54,815 nt of DNA from a virus (IMGVR_UViG_3300046167_000572:1-54815), one strand, 5' to 3'; shown: positions 21,135-31,940, numbered from the stretch's first letter. The notes: generated from the letters alone by a model not told the origin. Made by a program: numbers and translations.

Positions 21135-22358
21135 CTAATTAAGAGCACTTGTATTAAGTGCTGCTGTATTTAAAACGCTTTTAGAACTTACTATAACTTT
21201 AAAGTTTATGTTCTCAGTTATAGTTAAAGCGTCATCAATACTTTTGCTAAAAGATATCACATCCTGTTCTGATATGGAAAGGATATCTGACCGCGAAAGG
21301 CTTGATAGTAAGGTCGCGGACTCATTAACGGAAAGTGTATCTGATGCGGGTTTGCTTATAGAGCTAGCTATTTGCTCTACTATACTTGTGCTGTCTGTCA
21401 GTGCCTTACTTAAAGAAAAAATATTCTCTTCTGTTAAAAAGGCTACATTGTTCTTGATGCTAGCTATATCTGTTTGCAACGGGTCATCCACACTGGCTAT
21501 ATCATCTAAGCTTATAACATCCAGGAATGATCTATTAAAAGATACTGTTCTACTTAAAGACTCTCCCATAGATAAGCTGTCTGCCTTTGAGAGTAACGGT
21601 TGCAGTGTCGCTTGCTCGGTGAGAGAGTAGCTGTCTGTCTTTGAGGTGCTAAGGCTTTTTGCATTTGCCTCTGTAACGCTAATATCATCTTGCTTGGGTA
21701 GTGCGGTGTTAAATGCCTGCGTGTCTGTAAGGGGTATGGTGTCGCTTTCATTTTTCCCCAAATCAAAATCTGAGTTTTCAAATATAAGAAACGCGTCTAA
21801 GTGATTCTTGTTGAACCCAAATAACTGACTATCTGCAAAAGCAAAGCTGTCGCTTTCTGGTCTTGATACTAATAACGCTGGGACATCAATAATAGTTGTT
21901 GTATCGCTGAACTCTCTCAAGAACTCTAATAGAATTTCTATGGACTCAGTTATGCTAGTTGTATCATTAAGAGCCTTAGATATGTCAAAAGTCGTGTCGT
22001 CAGAAAAACCAAAGGTATCTGCAAATGGCTTGTTAACACTGTAAGCTAGGTCCTCTAATATATTAAGAACGACTACATTTGGATTGTCGCCAGTAAAATA
22101 AAGGTTCTTAGTATCTGGATCTGTGATTATGTCAGCAAAAAGATTTACACTGCTTATTAATAGGTTCGGCTGTACATAGTTAAGTAATGTTCCAGATATA
22201 GGAGCAATAGTTGAAACGCCAACATTTACACTCGGGCTAACTACAGATGTTTGTAATGAGGGGGAATCAGATTCTGCTGGCTGTACTAATAAAGATAGTT
22301 CTTGGCTTTGTATTGCCGCTTGTAGATTCGTATATTCTACAATTAACTTTATAGCCAT
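21135..22358 (-). CDS. Repetitive virion protein with ~19-aa 'K..D...(I/L).E' repeats
   Basis: Tandem degenerate repeats such as KPFADTFGFSD, KALNDTTSITE and KSIDDALTITE. Confidence 0.6.
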   Translation of the reverse strand: MAIKLIVEYTNLQAAIQSQELSLLVQPAESDSPSLQTSVVSPSVNVGVSTIAPISGTLLNYVQPNLLISSVNLFADIITDPDTKNLYFTGDNPNVVVLNILEDLAYSVNKPFADTFGFSDDTTFDISKALNDTTSITESIEILLEFLREFSDTTTIIDVPALLVSRPESDSFAFADSQLFGFNKNHLDAFLIFENSDFDLGKNESDTIPLTDTQAFNTALPKQDDISVTEANAKSLSTSKTDSYSLTEQATLQPLLSKADSLSMGESLSRTVSFNRSFLDVISLDDIASVDDPLQTDIASIKNNVAFLTEENIFSLSKALTDSTSIVEQIASSISKPASDTLSVNESATLLSSLSRSDILSISEQDVISFSKSIDDALTITENINFKVIVSSKSVLNTAALNTSALN

Positions 22359-22732
22359 TAGTCAAAATCATCTCTCACATTGAACTTAATTAAATCATTA
22401 ATTGTTTGAATGTTGCTGTCAGCCTTGGTTATTTCTATTTCTCCCTCGTAGAACCCTGCCTCTGCGAACGTAGATGATGTGAACACCATTGCACACTTTC
22501 CATCGGAGGGAGCTGTATTAGAACATGTTATTGTTGACAGTACGTTTGTTGTTCCAATCTTTCTTATTCTTACTCTTACGGTAGCACCCGTTAAGTTTAT
22601 AGGTGCAAATGTTGTAGGGTCTTCTGGGTTTAATGTTTTCCCAGAAGCCGCCGTGTTTGAGTCGGTTAGTGTGAAGTTTAGCTCTGGATGAGTATCGCCT
22701 ACTACTGCTTTAATTGTTGTTGAATATGCCAT
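22358..22732 (-). CDS. BppU-N-like Ig-fold structural protein
   Basis: 'GDT.P.L.FTL.D', 'INLTGATV', 'AGFYEGEIEIT'. Confidence 0.6.
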   Translation of the reverse strand: MAYSTTIKAVVGDTHPELNFTLTDSNTAASGKTLNPEDPTTFAPINLTGATVRVRIRKIGTTNVLSTITCSNTAPSDGKCAMVFTSSTFAEAGFYEGEIEITKADSNIQTINDLIKFNVRDDFD

Positions 22733-23410
22733 CTATACAAACTCCTGGTATCTTATTGTTAGCGGAGCACCAACCAATCCGTATTTAGATTTTCTTACAG
22801 CCTGTGCCTCTCCTTTGTCATATAGTCTTTTATTAAGATCTGCTGCCTGTACGTCATACCATGGACTGTCTTTCATCATCTGCAATCTATATAAAGCACC
22901 ATGAATGATTAGCTCCTGGTACTCATTAGCTATAATGTTAGGTACTGTGCTTGCTGTCGCTGTAGGCTTTAGGCTATAAAGAGCGTAGAGCGAATAGTTT
23001 TTGTCTGGCGTGGGAGCAACAAGGATTGTTTCTTGATCTTTCTGACTATAAAACCTAGGTCTGCCTTTACCATATGCGTCAAACAAAGAAGGAGATCCTA
23101 TAAGTGATTTTGGCTCAAGTCTTGTAAAGCTTTTCTCAGATACCTGTACTGACGAATCTCCAAACTCAGAAAAGAAATCTATTAAATGATTAAGCTCTGT
23201 GCCGACTGGTATATCTAGGTCAGCAGCCTCGTACTCGTTAATACCTGTAACTGTTTGAAATAAGGTAAGATCTGATAAGTATATGTCTGTGTTTATACAA
23301 AAATCTATAATAGTGTTCCTTAGTTCTTCTATAGCTATAAACGATGGACAGCTTGGTGCCTCGCGTTTTACTTTAGGAACTAAAGACTTTATATTTTTTG
23401 CTACTGCCAT
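22733..23410 (-). CDS. Head-tail adaptor-like protein
   Basis: 'PSCP....E.LR....DFC', 'LKPT', 'Y.E.I.HGALYRL'; lies downstream of the capsid gene. Confidence 0.65.
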   Translation of the reverse strand: MAVAKNIKSLVPKVKREAPSCPSFIAIEELRNTIIDFCINTDIYLSDLTLFQTVTGINEYEAADLDIPVGTELNHLIDFFSEFGDSSVQVSEKSFTRLEPKSLIGSPSLFDAYGKGRPRFYSQKDQETILVAPTPDKNYSLYALYSLKPTATASTVPNIIANEYQELIIHGALYRLQMMKDSPWYDVQAADLNKRLYDKGEAQAVRKSKYGLVGAPLTIRYQEFV

Positions 23411-23416
23411 ATATCA

Positions 23417-24082
23417 CTATTGTGCTGGTGTTGAAGGCTGAGGAGTAGATCCTGCATCAACTTGGTTTTTTATTCCTAATGCATTTTGAATGACTGCAAG
23501 TAAACTCCAGATCTGTTCATGTCTCCAGCGTACTCCGTATCTTTTTGGTAGGCTCTATAGAGAATGTAATCCAGTATAGCGTTTGCATAAATGTCATCCA
23601 ATGAAATTACTGTGCTCGTTGTATTAAAGTTTGCTATGGTTACATCCACAGGTGCCGAGCTGTAAACCAAATCTATTGTTGCGTCCGATGCTGTGGAATG
23701 TGGATAAACATAAAATACTTTTGGATCCATAGGGTCATAAACATAGTGCTCTACGTTTGTATCTGTGGTTCCATGCCAGTCTTCTATCTGATCATCCAGA
23801 ACTCTTCTTTCAATATTTGTTATTGGTTTGGTCGTTGGGCTAGCGTTTTTATAGATTGATAGCAATCTAAGTGCAGGCACCAGGCAGTGTCTGTTTCGCA
23901 CTGTTGGCAGTCAAAGTAAAAGATGTATTTACTGGATTGGCATCTGGTCTAAAAAGCACAACCTCTCTTTGACCATCGTTAAGATAATCAAGAAGTGTTT
24001 GCTGTGACCATCTCACATTGGTTGTATCCTGGAGAATCTCTTCAGCCCTATCTATTAAATCAATTACTTTAACGGTTGCCAT
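23417..24082 (-). CDS. Head-tail adaptor (tail tubular A-like); split by two apparent indels near 23878 and 23487
   Basis: 'LQD....RWS...LLDYLNDGQRE....RPDA' and 'AILDYILYRAYQKD.EY'; removing one C and restoring one base gives a single ORF ending ...PSTPAQ*. Confidence 0.75.
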
Positions 24083-24367
24083 TTATAGTCCTAGTTTCTT
24101 AAGTTCTTCTTTTTTTAAATCAGATTTTTTATACACGAAAGTCCAACTTTCCTCTCTGTGTAATGGATGCCATGGTACAAGTTTTCCATGTTCACCCCTC
24201 GAAGCTATAGGATCAGAACCCTCTTTAACGACCTCAACCTTTTCTGCTACATCTACGTTATCTTCTAATGAAGATAGCTTTACTTCTAAGTCTGCAAGTT
24301 TGTCTTTTGGGTTTAGTGAAACATTATATTCTTCTTTAGCTTTCTTGATTAATTCATCTTTAGTCAT
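24083..24367 (-). CDS. Hypothetical protein
   Basis: 94-aa ORF with SD GAGGT, downstream of the capsid terminator. Confidence 0.6.
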   Translation of the reverse strand: MTKDELIKKAKEEYNVSLNPKDKLADLEVKLSSLEDNVDVAEKVEVVKEGSDPIASRGEHGKLVPWHPLHREESWTFVYKKSDLKKEELKKLGL

Positions 24368-24440
24368 ATTTACCTCGCTATGTTTAAGCTACGTTTAAGG
24401 TATCACAAATATGTGGTTTCTATCTAGTGGGGATTTGAAT

Positions 24441-24467
24441 AAAAAAAGGGGAGCCGAAACTCCCCTT
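24441..24467 (-). terminator. Rho-independent terminator after the major capsid gene
   Basis: Minus strand AAGGGGAGT-TTCG-GCTCCCCTT followed by a T run. Confidence 0.9.
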
Positions 24468-24475
24468 AAGCAATG

Positions 24476-25342
24476 TTAAGCAGTTTGCAGCTTAAACTCA
24501 CCAACAGCTGTTGGAAGGATAACTTTGTATCCGTATACAGCCAAGCCTCTAACGCCATCACCGAATGAAGACTCAAGTCTTACAGTTTCAGTGTTAGTCA
24601 TTTGAGAAGCATAAGCAACAGCTTTAGGATGCCCATACAGACCAGATGTTACTCCGCCTGCTGTGCTTAAGTTGTTAGATACATACATGTTGAATCTATC
24701 AACCGTTCCAATAAAGCCATTTCTTAATGGAGATACATTATCACCAGTTAAGTATGCTTGTCTTAGTTCTGATTGCTTTAATACTGTTGCAACAGCAGGA
24801 TTGATGATCATGAATCTTCCATCTTCTGGAATGTTATTCTCATCAAGCTGTTGTCCAGCATCAAGGATATGCCCAAGAACATTTGCAGATGTTACGTTTG
24901 CAGGTGTTCCGTTGATGTCTGTTAAAGACGAACCAGCGGCTACGTTTGCGAACACATCTTGCTCAATAGCGATTTTCATGTTCTGAGCTGCGTCATTAGC
25001 TGCTTCGTTCATGAAGTCGATATCTGCTTGTTCTCTTAAAATATCGTCAACTTTAAAAGCATAGCTTTTAGCCTTGTTGATATCTAACTCAATAGTAGAT
25101 GATGTTACATCACTATATGAGATTGAGCCAGAATAGTCAGCTACTGATACAGCAGGAACTGTTCTGATATTTACTTTATTACCTAACCCTGAGATCTCTC
25201 CTTCGTACTCGTTAGTTGTAACTTCAGACAACATGGTCTGAGAATAGAACTTAGCTTGTAACTTCTTTGAGAAGACTTCAGGTATAAAATGATTCTCACC
25301 AGCAGCGAAAGCAAAGTTTCCGCCTGAAGTTGAATATGCCAT
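24476..25342 (-). CDS. Major capsid protein
   Basis: 'FIPEVFSKKL', 'YEGEI...G.KVNI', 'LDENNIPEDGR', 'FGDGVRGL.VYG.KV'; follows the scaffold gene and precedes a terminator. Confidence 0.9.
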   Translation of the reverse strand: MAYSTSGGNFAFAAGENHFIPEVFSKKLQAKFYSQTMLSEVTTNEYEGEISGLGNKVNIRTVPAVSVADYSGSISYSDVTSSTIELDINKAKSYAFKVDDILREQADIDFMNEAANDAAQNMKIAIEQDVFANVAAGSSLTDINGTPANVTSANVLGHILDAGQQLDENNIPEDGRFMIINPAVATVLKQSELRQAYLTGDNVSPLRNGFIGTVDRFNMYVSNNLSTAGGVTSGLYGHPKAVAYASQMTNTETVRLESSFGDGVRGLAVYGYKVILPTAVGEFKLQTA

Positions 25343-25392
25343 TATAATTACCTCTTTTTTAAAAAAATTTTAATTTAATAGCAACAAATTAA

Positions 25393-26367
25393 TTAAGGCT
25401 TCACTCTTCCATCGGCATAAGCTTGATCAATTTCTTTCTCGTGCTTACTAAACTGTTTATCATTTAGCTTGCCAATTTCGCTTGCAGTCCAAATTCTTTT
25501 GCTACTACCTACGTTTTGTTTCCTGGCTTTAGAGAGTGAAGGTTCAATGTTTTGTTTCGCCTTTTCTACTAATTCCTTTTTAGAAACTTTTTTGGAAATA
25601 AGACCTAAATCAGTTTTATATTTTGTTAAGAGGGATATTACATCCTCAGCATCACCGCCACTAGCTGCGTTCTGCCACATATTAGACTGCCTTCCTAACC
25701 ATAAAGTGAAATCTTCACTCTGTGATACAGACTGCCAATCCGCATGTGCATCTGCAATAGCACCATAATGCTTCTTATCTGCTTCTTCTTTCTGAGTCTT
25801 CAAGACCTCTTCTGTAGCCTGATTAACTTTTTGGTCAACAGACGCGATGCGAGCATCAACGTATTTTTGAAGTGGCTTTACGATCTCTGGATAATCTTTC
25901 ATTATCTCACCCAGATCAACATTAACCTCTTCTTTCTGTTGCTCAATCCGTACATCGGACTTCATAACTTCCATAGCTTTGATTTTATTATCCATCTCTG
26001 CTATTTTCGTTTCGAGCTCTTTCTCTCTCTGGGTTGCCTTGGTCATTCGTGCCTGAGCATTCTTGTACCTTTCTTCCCATTGATCAGCAGATAATAAACC
26101 CTTATCAGATTTAACATCTTCTTCCTGAATCTCTTGTTCTTCCTGATCAGATGCTTCTTCAGTTTCCTGAGATTCATCGGGTGAAGTTTCTACTAGTTCC
26201 TCTTCAATCTCTTCGGGGGTGTCTGTGGTTTCATCTTCTTGAGTAGCTAACCCTTTAGATTCAACTTCAGATTCCGTCTTAGATTCAGCAACTTGCTTCA
26301 TCATCTCATCAGCTTCTAGTTCAAGCTTTTCGGCGATTACCTCGCCTCTAGTTTTTTCTCTTTCCAT
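25393..26367 (-). CDS. Capsid scaffolding protein
   Basis: Acidic N-terminus, 'WEERYK', coiled coil, C-terminal 'EIDQAYADGRV'; lies between portal and capsid genes. Confidence 0.8.
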   Translation of the reverse strand: MEREKTRGEVIAEKLELEADEMMKQVAESKTESEVESKGLATQEDETTDTPEEIEEELVETSPDESQETEEASDQEEQEIQEEDVKSDKGLLSADQWEERYKNAQARMTKATQREKELETKIAEMDNKIKAMEVMKSDVRIEQQKEEVNVDLGEIMKDYPEIVKPLQKYVDARIASVDQKVNQATEEVLKTQKEEADKKHYGAIADAHADWQSVSQSEDFTLWLGRQSNMWQNAASGGDAEDVISLLTKYKTDLGLISKKVSKKELVEKAKQNIEPSLSKARKQNVGSSKRIWTASEIGKLNDKQFSKHEKEIDQAYADGRVKP

Positions 26368-26399
26368 TTTTTCGGTCCTTATGTGGGGTGTCGATAAAA

Positions 26400-26669
26400 T
26401 TATTTATAAATGTTAGGTGTGTCCCTTCTGGAGCCTAACGATTCTATTACCTTTGTGGCAATTGTATCTAAAGATACAACAAATTTAAGTATGTCGCAAC
26501 GACCTTGGCTAAAGCGGAAGTCCTCCGTTATTTCCAACTGGTCCCGCTCCATTTGGCGGAGCGACTCCATTTCGTCCATCAGCACCGACCATTCCTTCGG
26601 CATTTGGGACTTGATTAGCCTCACCGCCTTGCTGGCTGGCAAGGATAGCTTGTTGTAGTGCTTGCTCAT
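26400..26669 (-). CDS. Small conserved protein between portal and scaffold (Bbp19-like); start uncertain
   Basis: 'ESLRQMERDQLE...FSQGRCDIL' and syntenic position. Confidence 0.6.
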   Translation of the reverse strand: MSKHYNKLSLPASKAVRLIKSQMPKEWSVLMDEMESLRQMERDQLEITEDFRFSQGRCDILKFVVSLDTIATKVIESLGSRRDTPNIYK

Positions 26670-28520
26670 CCATTAACTCCTTTTGTGATTTTATAACTTC
26701 TTCTGGATCTATATCTAATGATTTAGCTATATCAGTTAGTAGTTTCTCACGATCAACTAGCTGTGCGTCCATTGGGTTATTTATTAAAGAAAGGAACTGT
26801 AGCAATCTTTGTGATTGTACTTCTTTCTGTATTAGGGCTGTGGATCCTTTAGCGACAACACGCATATCTGATTTAACTAACTCGTTTTCATTCCAAGGTC
26901 ATATTCCAATCATATAAAGAACGTATCATTGGTTTAGTTAAATAGTCGTCAATGTTTTTAATAACTGATTTGAGAACTATGTTTGCGTTACTCATTAGAA
27001 TAGATATACCTGTAGCGGTTCTATTTAATGAGCTTTGTGTTTGTCCATGTGTATAAGATGGCAACGCGGTGGTTTCATCGGCGAACCTTCTAAATAATTC
27101 TATAACAGATACAAGGGCTGGTGAATTAGATTGTGGTTGATAGAATCTTACCATTGGCTGATTACCATCTCCCCCCTCTCTTAGGAATACTCTCCAAGGG
27201 TAAAGCTCTGTTGGGTCTTCCCCTGAAGCCATGATATCGGTATTAACTTCAACCATTGGTCCTGACGATAATGCTACGTTATCTAAGTAGATTCTGGTTG
27301 CAGCATTCATTGTTGTCTGTGAATCACGCATCATTCTTGGAACCCCTGTTCCCCAAAACGCGTGTGGATTTTTTTCATACGGGAATATAAAGTATGGCAT
27401 TACTTGTCCAGGTAGTGGGTTCAACTGTGCCTTTACAACCTTGCCATCAACTATCCATACGTTAGCACTGTACTCCTGTGAAAGATCATCATCTGAATTA
27501 AACTCAACTCCTGCATCCTCTAAATCATATCCATTTAATGATCCCCAGAACTCAAGTAACTCAAATTTATTTGTTTGTGTTGTTCTGTCGGTTACGTTGG
27601 CTATCTCTCTTCTTGATCTTTCGTGTTGTGCTTCATCGTGGTTCCCATCGGGATTCATTTCTATACACTCATTAATTAGATCTACATTAAATCCTGGATA
27701 GTCCTTAAGGTCAGTAAACTCCTGTCTTGATATAATATGTCTTCTAAATATATCTCTTAGATCTTCCATAGAGGTTGCTACTGGATCTGGATATAAATCA
27801 AATATAGATACTGCCTCCATCTCTGGGGCTGGGCTTTCTTCATATATTAAATTAAAGCCTTCTTCCGTTTTGACCCACTTATGATCTTTTTCTACTTTTA
27901 AAGTACCAGCCTTCATAGCACCAGTACCAAATATAACTTGTTCCATGATGGCATCTTTCATCTTGCCCTCAAGGTTAGACTCAAGTGCTTGGTCAAGGAT
28001 AGCCTCTTCCATGTTATCGACCCTTCTTTCTGTTTCCTCGGCGAGCTCCTCTTTGAGCTCTTCAAGTCTGGCTTGTATTAAATCATCAACAAGACCTGGA
28101 TCAACAACCTGTGCTGCCTGCATTATTTCTAGTGCAGCGGCTTCGGTTAATTCTTTTTCTACTAATGGCTGCTTGGCAATCGGAGTTGATTCAATTGAGA
28201 AGAACTTTTGTCCTGGTTGGAAAAGTAAGTCTGTCATCCTTGAGAATGCAGCAAGTACCTTTGTCCTAGTAAGACCAACGTAGACCTTGGGATCTATCTC
28301 CCTTAGATTGAATCTTCGCGAGAACATCGGGATCGTATTGACCCATGAATGCTCTGAGATCTTCTATCCAGTCATCCTCTATATCATCACGAGCATCTTT
28401 ATACTCTGTGTATTTTGATTCTAAAATTTGTCCAAGGGAATTTAGTTCTTCTTGCTCCTGACCATCAGTGTCATTTGCAATATCTACTCCCCCCGGTTTT
28501 AACTCTTTATCTATATTCAT
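26509..28520 (-). CDS. Portal protein; split by two apparent +1 indels near 28290 and 26895
   Basis: Three ORF pieces rejoin if one C (GDRS-KVYVGLTRTK) and one T (NMT-WNENELVK) are removed; 'FWGTGVP', 'RTATGISILM'; follows terL. Confidence 0.88.
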
Positions 28521-30101
28521 TTAAAAAAATTGTTTTTTCACCCGTTTAAAGTTTTGTCTATGCTTCCTCGGCATACTATTCAATCCGAACAAAGCAATCG
28601 CATATGCCATTATTCTATCATCAAAACACCCATGTTGGGCATTTGATATTCCCCTTGCGTCTACGACATAAGTTCTGAGCTCATCTATAAGCTCTTTATC
28701 AACTATACCACTTTCTCCTTGTCTCAGTAAGTGTGCTAAGTTATCAATAATTAAGGGCTTTGTCTTGCTTGTTGTTAAAAACCCTGCACGCCTTGTTAGT
28801 TTATCGGTGTAGGCATCATCTACGGTTTGTTGTACATAAAGGTTTGGATAATTAAGTTCTTGTATTTTTCTTATTGTAGTTAGACCGTGGTTGTTTCTTT
28901 CAATCAATGTCCACGCCTTATTGTAGTGCAATCCGATTTTGGAAACTATGTAGGCTAGGTCGAAGGGGTCAACGTGTCCAGACCAGGTTGCAACTTGACA
29001 CCCCATATGATCTAGGACTTGGATGCAGCTGTAGTCTCCATGCTCCAATCCCTCCGCAACGTCTACTCCAATACAATACCTTAGAGAATCCTTTGGATTC
29101 TCGAAAATTTTTAGGAGCCCTTTTGCATGTGATACGAACTCTGTATCTCGCACGTCAAATCGGGAAACGGGGGTGTAGCACTCTACTGCTGCCTGATCTA
29201 TAAACTTAGGCTCAACAAACAATCTACCTGTAGTCAAAAACGCTTCTTGCGGGGTAGAGGGGTATTCCTGTCTAAACAAGTCTTCGCCACCTAGCTCTTG
29301 TATTTTTAAACGCCTAAACATTATTTGCTCATCGTCAAGATTAAACATACGTTTAATATCTTCCTCTTCACGCTCTAGCTCAAAGTAAGGATCAACTTTA
29401 CGCTTGTAGTCAGCCATCATAAACCAAGGTATAAAACATATCTGCCACTCCCCCTCGCCTCGCAACGCTCTCATGCATGCATCATAGAACCATCCGCCTG
29501 CTCCATTCGCGGTGGACTCAAGTAATATTTCGGACTCTGCTTCGGGGACTGTTTGTAATAATCCTGGAATAATATCTGCGTTTGGATAGAAGGCTACCTC
29601 AGAACCATGTAGATAGTTAGTAGTCCAACCCCTTCCGACCTCTCCCGTTCGTGCTGTAGCGATTCTCCATCTTGATCCGTGGGTAAAAGCCATTGAATTA
29701 CTAGTAGACTCTTTTAATTCTGGTGTAACTATTGGGTGTGGTAGGTTGTCATAGAAGTTTCTGACCATTCCAAAGATAGCTTTTGTGGATTCATTAAGAT
29801 GTGATACCACTACGGCGTTCTGATTCTGTGCTGTTACTGTTTTCCAGAACCCTCTTGCCTGGCAGTATGTAGATATACCCGTTTGCCTGGACTTTAATAT
29901 TAATATTCGGACGTGCCCACGCTCTTTTATTTGTTTATTAATTTGTTCATCTAGCATTTTTTGTGCTTCGTTGAACTCAAACTCAATTAACTTACCTTGT
30001 TTATTTATAATTTTTAAACAGTGCTTTGCGTAAAGAGGCAAATTCGATTTAAAGGTATTTATAATTTTTTTGATTTCTGGTTTTTTGCTTTCTAAGTCCA
30101 T
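28521..30101 (-). CDS. terL: Terminase large subunit
   Basis: Walker A 'LKSRQTGIST', Walker B 'LHGSEVAF', coupling motif 'LESTANG', nuclease 'IGVDVAEG' and 'DDRIMAYAIA'. Confidence 0.96.
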   Translation of the reverse strand: MDLESKKPEIKKIINTFKSNLPLYAKHCLKIINKQGKLIEFEFNEAQKMLDEQINKQIKERGHVRILILKSRQTGISTYCQARGFWKTVTAQNQNAVVVSHLNESTKAIFGMVRNFYDNLPHPIVTPELKESTSNSMAFTHGSRWRIATARTGEVGRGWTTNYLHGSEVAFYPNADIIPGLLQTVPEAESEILLESTANGAGGWFYDACMRALRGEGEWQICFIPWFMMADYKRKVDPYFELEREEEDIKRMFNLDDEQIMFRRLKIQELGGEDLFRQEYPSTPQEAFLTTGRLFVEPKFIDQAAVECYTPVSRFDVRDTEFVSHAKGLLKIFENPKDSLRYCIGVDVAEGLEHGDYSCIQVLDHMGCQVATWSGHVDPFDLAYIVSKIGLHYNKAWTLIERNNHGLTTIRKIQELNYPNLYVQQTVDDAYTDKLTRRAGFLTTSKTKPLIIDNLAHLLRQGESGIVDKELIDELRTYVVDARGISNAQHGCFDDRIMAYAIALFGLNSMPRKHRQNFKRVKKQFF

Positions 30102-30259
30102 AAATACATGCCCCCCCTATTTATATATTTTATATTTTGGGGAAGAGAGAGGGAGAGGGATATGGGTATATGTATATGAGGTACCTTGTCCAGCACTCCC
30201 GCCCCTTATAAACAAAGGGTTCTTGATGAGGTCTATGATGATATTGATGAAAGTGTCAC

Positions 30260-30670
30260 CTAATTAAGGTGATCCTCTTTACTGGCAAAATCTAAAGTCT
30301 CAAACCAAGAATCTTTCATTGAAACCTCTAACTTAGAAGAGGAATCAATCATCTGGTAATACTTCATGAGTAGCTCTAAGGCTTTGACACGGCTTCCTGC
30401 GGTGTGACCGCCTACATCGCCAAGGGCTTCTGCTTTGAGTTGCTCTATGATGCTGTCATGGTCTTGTAGGTTGCGTTCCTTGGACTCTGACAACTCTTTT
30501 GCAAGCATTTCTTGGACCTCATCATCGTTCATCAATCTGTACCCACTATTGTAAGCAGACCTCTCTGAGTATCCACATCTTTTGGCTGACTCAGTTGCGT
30601 TCTTTGTTATCAAATAATGCTGAACAAATTCCTCTTTCTTTTGCTTCATTGTCTTGTTGTTAATTGGCAT
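30260..30670 (-). CDS. terS: Terminase small subunit
   Basis: 'FVQHYL...NATESAKRCGYSERSA...G.RL' helix-turn-helix and 'KALELL'. Confidence 0.9.
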   Translation of the reverse strand: MPINNKTMKQKKEEFVQHYLITKNATESAKRCGYSERSAYNSGYRLMNDDEVQEMLAKELSESKERNLQDHDSIIEQLKAEALGDVGGHTAGSRVKALELLMKYYQMIDSSSKLEVSMKDSWFETLDFASKEDHLN

Positions 30671-30672
30671 AG

Positions 30673-31185
30673 TTATTCCTCGTTATGTAGTGCTACTAGT
30701 TTACACCATTTGATCAAATCTTTTAACTCCATCGTGTACTTCATCATGTTACAAGACAGACACACCAGAGCTATGTTTCCTTGCACATATCCAAGATCAT
30801 TATTGATGCGATCAATAGAGATGTTTGATAGGTGATAGCCTGTTCCATCCTTGATATGAGTCATTGATACTCCTGTGTATTCACACCTACCTTTTTGCTT
30901 GTCGTATATACGGTATAAGTCGTCTCTGTCTATATCAAAGTTGTGTGTCTTCTTACGTCTATATGCTAACTGTGAGTATAGGTTGCTTATGTAAGAGTAC
31001 GGGCTTGTTGTCATTCTTTTTCTTCTCCCCGCGGAACGGCACGCCTTACACTTCCTAGCTCTATATCCTTTGCTTATTTCAAAGTTCGTTATGTCCTTGC
31101 AGGTTTTGCAAGTTGTGCATGTTCTAGTCTTACGACCAGTCGTATGGAGTTGTGTCTTTGACTTCGATATCGAACTCTTTGACAT
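30673..31185 (-). CDS. Zn-finger + HNH-like endonuclease
   Basis: CxxC pairs; 'SIDRINNDLGYVQGNIALVCLSCN'. Confidence 0.75.
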   Translation of the reverse strand: MSKSSISKSKTQLHTTGRKTRTCTTCKTCKDITNFEISKGYRARKCKACRSAGRRKRMTTSPYSYISNLYSQLAYRRKKTHNFDIDRDDLYRIYDKQKGRCEYTGVSMTHIKDGTGYHLSNISIDRINNDLGYVQGNIALVCLSCNMMKYTMELKDLIKWCKLVALHNEE

Positions 31186-31558
31186 CTTGGAGTGTATCCC
31201 TGAATCGTTTCATTGCCACCTTGCTTGATGATACTGCGGTGGTTCCTTTCATTAAGCTCTCACCTACAAGAAGACATCCGTGTGAGTCCTTCTCAGGGAA
31301 GTTGCCTACATGGAATAGTATGTATGTTCTGTCTTCTACGTCTGTGATCTCGAACGTGTTGCCAAATCTTTTTGATGTATACGCCTTACATGTATATGTG
31401 CCTGTTGGTATACAGCTGACCTCTTTTTTATTTCCCCGCCACGGACGCTCTGCGATCCAAAAGACTTGATCATCTATTGTTAGTTTGCCAAGAGTTCCGT
31501 CTGGTAGATATGCGAATCTTTCAAGTATCGCCTCTGGTTCGTTTTTCTTAAAGAACAT
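31130..31558 (-). CDS. DUF5675-family protein (putative cell-wall peptidase, candidate endolysin)
   Basis: 'GTLGKL', 'ERPW.GN....SCIP.G.Y', 'ILFHVGN...DSHGCLLVG'. Confidence 0.75.
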   Translation of the reverse strand: MFFKKNEPEAILERFAYLPDGTLGKLTIDDQVFWIAERPWRGNKKEVSCIPTGTYTCKAYTSKRFGNTFEITDVEDRTYILFHVGNFPEKDSHGCLLVGESLMKGTTAVSSSKVAMKRFRDTLQDVKEFDIEVKDTTPYDWS

Positions 31559-31817
31559 AAGTAAATATTGCTCCGCCAATTCCCATGATAGAACCAATTG
31601 CAACACCGCCAATAATTCTTTCAGCCCACTTTGATTGCACGTTGTCTCTCATTTGTGATTTCTCAAGAGTTCTGAGTCTTATCTCATGATCTGAAGACTG
31701 GCTTAATGATCTTCCAACTCTTTCCTCAAGCACAGGTATGTGCCTCACAAATGAAAGTACCTCTTCCATATGTTTCTCAAGGTTTGCTATACGCATTTCT
31801 ATTCCTGATGTATCCAT
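31548..31817 (-). CDS. Coiled coil + C-terminal TM protein (XhlA-like lysis accessory)
   Basis: 'DHEIRLRTLE...KW' followed by one hydrophobic helix; probable start MDTSG. Confidence 0.55.
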   Translation of the reverse strand: MDTSGIEMRIANLEKHMEEVLSFVRHIPVLEERVGRSLSQSSDHEIRLRTLEKSQMRDNVQSKWAERIIGGVAIGSIMGIGGAIFTYVL

Positions 31818-31910
31818 TTCTTTCAGATAAAAGTTCTGTTGATGATGAAATAAAGATACAGGATCAAGACAAACATTTCTATAGATCAAAAAAATAATTG
31901 CAGATATTTG

Positions 31911-31940
31911 TTGACACTACATATCGTATGGCATTAATAT
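31911..31940 (+). promoter_or_regulatory. Sigma70-type promoter for the early island
   Basis: TTGACA (31911-31916), 18-bp spacer, TAATAT (31935-31940); A-tract upstream. Confidence 0.75.

Noticed and set aside
1353-22691. Many plus-strand ORFs antisense to tail genes
   Set aside because: These are shadow ORFs from the repetitive S/T/N codon usage of the minus-strand genes and have no recognisable motifs.
19880-28330. Frameshifts in the tail fibre (~19890), adaptor (~23487, ~23878) and portal (~26895, ~28290) as programmed frameshifts or pseudogenes
   Set aside because: Each is a single-base indel in a 2-3 nt run within an essential gene, with no slippery heptamer, and correcting it restores a continuous protein. 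Sequencing or assembly error is the simplest explanation; raw reads would settle it.
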